From the NCBI RefSeq assembly GCF_009914755.1, contig NC_060948.1: a DNA stretch of 64,000 bases; one strand, given 5' to 3'. Below the pieces are notes generated by a model, which was not told the DNA's origin, searched no databases, and saw nothing but the letters and a program-made list of their open reading frames with translations. Origin of the DNA: the human T2T-CHM13v2.0 reference genome, Homo sapiens. Below are positions 61,200-64,000 of the stretch, piece after piece; the first letter of the stretch is position 1; each line of letters starts with the position of its first letter. A program made the position numbers and the translations under genes.

Positions 61200-62764
61200 A
61201 AGGACACTTCATCCTTGCTTGAGACCTCTGGCTCAGGCCATTTTGTTTCTCTTTTAACTGGGGGCACTTGTCTTTCCAATGCCCTATTTCTTTACAGTAT
61301 GCACACTGGTTATGCTGCAGGTGTGGTTGGTCAAACTGGGTGTTTTTTTTCCAGGGCCTCCCTTTCGTTGGCCCTTCAGGTGAACCCCTCTAATAGCTGC
61401 GGTTAGGAGGTTGGCCTTTTGCCTAGCTTTGTGCTCACTTTCTTTGCAGTTTTCTCTATGGCCTGATGCATCTCTATTCACAAACACCTGATTGGCTATT
61501 TCCAATAACAGTGAAGTGTTTATACCCTCAAACCTAGCCTGTTTCTGAAGTTTTCTTATAATGTCTCCTGTGCTTTGATTAACTAAAGCCATGTTAATCA
61601 CGCATTGATTTTCAGGGCTTTCAAGATCAAAGGGTGTGTACATACAATAGGCCTCAACATCTTTCATAAAATTGTGCTGGACTCCCTTCTTTCCCTTGAA
61701 TGACCTCAGACACTTTGCTAACATTTCTGGCCTTCTGAGCTCTCTTCTTAACCCTTCTAGGATGCCTTCCCTATATTGCTTTAACCTTTCTATACCTTTC
61801 CCTGCATTTGGGTCCCACTGGGGGGTTGTTTCTGGTAATTGGATCCTCATGTACTCCTGCAGATTTGGTAACTGGCCAGAGCATGTCCCTCCAGCCACTT
61901 GGTTGCTGCCTGGAGCACCCTTTGCCTTCCATCTGTGTTACGGAGGTACAAAAGCAGCTGGTGGCAATCAGCCCAAGTAGGGTTGTGGGTCTGGATAATA
62001 GTTTGGAGAAAACCCATTAAAGTTTGAGGTTTTTCAGTATAAGATGGGGTATTATTTTTCCAATTTAGGAGATCAGCAGAGGTAAAGGGTTGATACAAAA
62101 AGGCACACCTTTTTAATATATGCCCATCCTCATCTACCCCACTATGCTGCTGCTCCCACAGGGGCATTTGAATCTCAGCCTTAGGTCATAAGTGAGCTGC
62201 CAAGGGTGCGGTTTATCCCATGGCTTCACATCCTCTCTTGTCTACTGTGGTGGCATAGGGGTGGGTGTGTGTCCTTCAGAGACACAGATGCTGTGGGCTC
62301 GGGAGTAGGGAGTCTCTCTTCTCGGTAAGGTTGGGGTATCATCAGTGCCATTTCCTGCCATGAGTCTTCTGATATTGGGTCAGACAGAACTTTAGGAGCC
62401 GACTTCCTTTGGCGGGTGGAGTGGGATCCTTCGTTGGCTATCTGTCCCATTGCCACTAGCACTGCTGCTGCTGCCTATCCTCTTAATCACTGTGCAGGGG
62501 GGTCTAAAACCAGCTATAACCAAGTGTCTATGTATGGGAACTTATCTGGGTGCCCTGGTTTACAGATTACAATTCCTTTGAAACAAGGGACCTATCTAGG
62601 CTTCCTTCTGATGGCCAACCCACTTCTAATGCTTGCCTGTCTATCTCACACAAAGTTCTAAGTTTCCCTGATGTCATAGTAACTCCATAGTCTCCTTTAA
62701 ATCTCTTCTTGAAATTTTTCAACATAGTTCCTAGCAGGGTGGGCTTACTTTGTGTCTGATCCAT
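61200..62764 (-). pseudogene. gag: HERV-E-like gag remnant
   Basis: MDQTQSKPTLLGTMLKNFKKRFKGDYGVTMTSGKLRTLCEID; YQPFTSADLLNWKNNTPSYTEKPQ...THNPTWADCHQLL. Confidence 0.9.
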
Positions 62765-63204
62765 TTTTCTCCCAAGAAAAGACAATACTCACACTGCAAG
62801 AGGGAAAGGGTAAAAGTCACACACTCGTCTAATTCACACTAAATCAAGTAATTAAATCCAAGTCAAAATCAAAACCTAAACCAAAGTGCCAATAAAGGCA
62901 TGCCATGGGTATCAGGCCATGCTTCCGCTTGGAGTAGGCAAGTTCCCAAGACCAGCCATACTATGTTCCAGATGTCCAGACTCCAAGTGCCAGTTCCTTC
63001 CTGGTGTACAGCCACTGCATCAATCCTTTATGGGTGCCTGCTGTGCACTGCTCTGGTGAGGCATTCCACTGGGGCAATTGCCTACCCAAGAGCGCTCTCA
63101 GGATCCACGTCGCTCAAGCTGGATGGAGCCCTCCACAAGGATGCTCCACAGGGCAGACCTAAGCCACCTAATGGGCTGCGTCAACCTTCTGCTAATCACC
63201 TTGC

Positions 63205-63222
63205 TTCCCAGTCAAGGAAGTG
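63205..63222 (-). promoter_or_regulatory. Degenerate primer binding site (tRNA-Glu-like)
   Basis: Minus strand cacttccttgactgggaa resembles TGGTTCCCTGACCGGGAA. Confidence 0.6.
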
Positions 63223-63227
63223 AAAAT

Positions 63228-63677
63228 TGTAGCAGGAGAAGCCATGGACAATACCCTTCAGACACCGGCTTAAAGAAGGAAGTGGCTTTATTTGGCTAGG
63301 AGCGTCAGCAGACTTGTGTCTCAAAAACCAGGCTCCCTGAGAGAGAGATTCCTGCTCCTTTTAAAGCTTACAAATCTAAGGGGTCCATGTGAAAGGGTTG
63401 TGATCAATTGATCAAGCATTGGTATGTGGCTGGGCTGCATGTATCAGTAATCAGGACAGAACAGAACAGAACAGAAACTTTGACAATTCTTCCTCATACA
63501 ATGTCTGGAATCTATGGATAATACAAGCTGTTAGGTCAGTGTTGACTTTTAAGTACCAGGCCTGGAGTGTGGTGCCAGCTTTCTGACTATTGATCTCATT
63601 TCTGCCTTTCTTTAGTTTTTACTTCCTCTTTCCTTTTCTGATTTATGAGACAATAAGAGAGGTGGCATCTTTCCTCA
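63228..63677 (-). mobile_element. LTR2-family 5' LTR
   Basis: Minus strand tgaggaaagatgccacctctc...ctcctgctaca; homologous to 57736-58191. Confidence 0.88.
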
Positions 63678-64000
63678 CCACCTGAACACTGGGCCATGGT
63701 GTGGACTACTTGTACAATTAAGGAAATGCAGGGATGGAGTTGGAATCACCTTCTGTGTCACCTGTCTTCATTTCTCTTCCAGGTAAAGTTGTGGAACCCA
63801 ATCCACCCCTTACCAGGTTGTATCCTCACCACTATCTGACCTTATTGCTGCTCACACTCTATGTCCCAGGATGAAATACCAGGATGATGGAGTGCCCCCT
63901 CATGACTTGAAGCACCTGCTTGGCTGGGAACTGAATTCGAGGTAAGTTCAAGGGGCCCTGTGGACAGTACTGCTAGTGTCTGTCCTTGGGTTGGCTGCAA

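Larger units (their letters stand above)
57736..63677 (-). mobile_element. HERV-E-like (LTR2 family) provirus, pol largely deleted
   Basis: Two ~450-bp LTRs; TSD CCAT/CCAC (57732-57735, 63678-63681); Glu-like PBS; HERV-E-like gag and env. Confidence 0.88.

Overview
Primate (human or ape-like) genomic DNA with no intact protein-coding gene; the combination of elements strongly suggests Y-chromosome ampliconic sequence (inference). From left to right: a degenerate (CCCTAA)n telomere-like tract of at least 2.2 kb with an AluS inserted; an Elongin C (ELOC) processed pseudogene inside an old L1; a deleted HERV9/LTR12 provirus with a 4-bp TSD; a 20-bp degenerate minisatellite; and an intron-containing OFD1 pseudogene fragment on the minus strand (exons matching about 5, 7, 8, 10, 11, 12). 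That fragment is fused through a truncated AluY to a ~39-kb array of ~2.5-kb SST1/NBL2/MER22-like units. The array switches orientation at ~41573 and is interrupted by a solo LTR12, an HERV-K14C-like provirus and an HERV-E-like provirus. Most notable observations: a 91-bp array fragment copied into the HERV-E env, apparently from the neighbouring unit; the array inversion; the AluY/array microhomology junction; and a repeated NRF1-CRE-RFX promoter-like cassette with splice signals in the units. Family names come from recalled consensus sequences, not from a database search.
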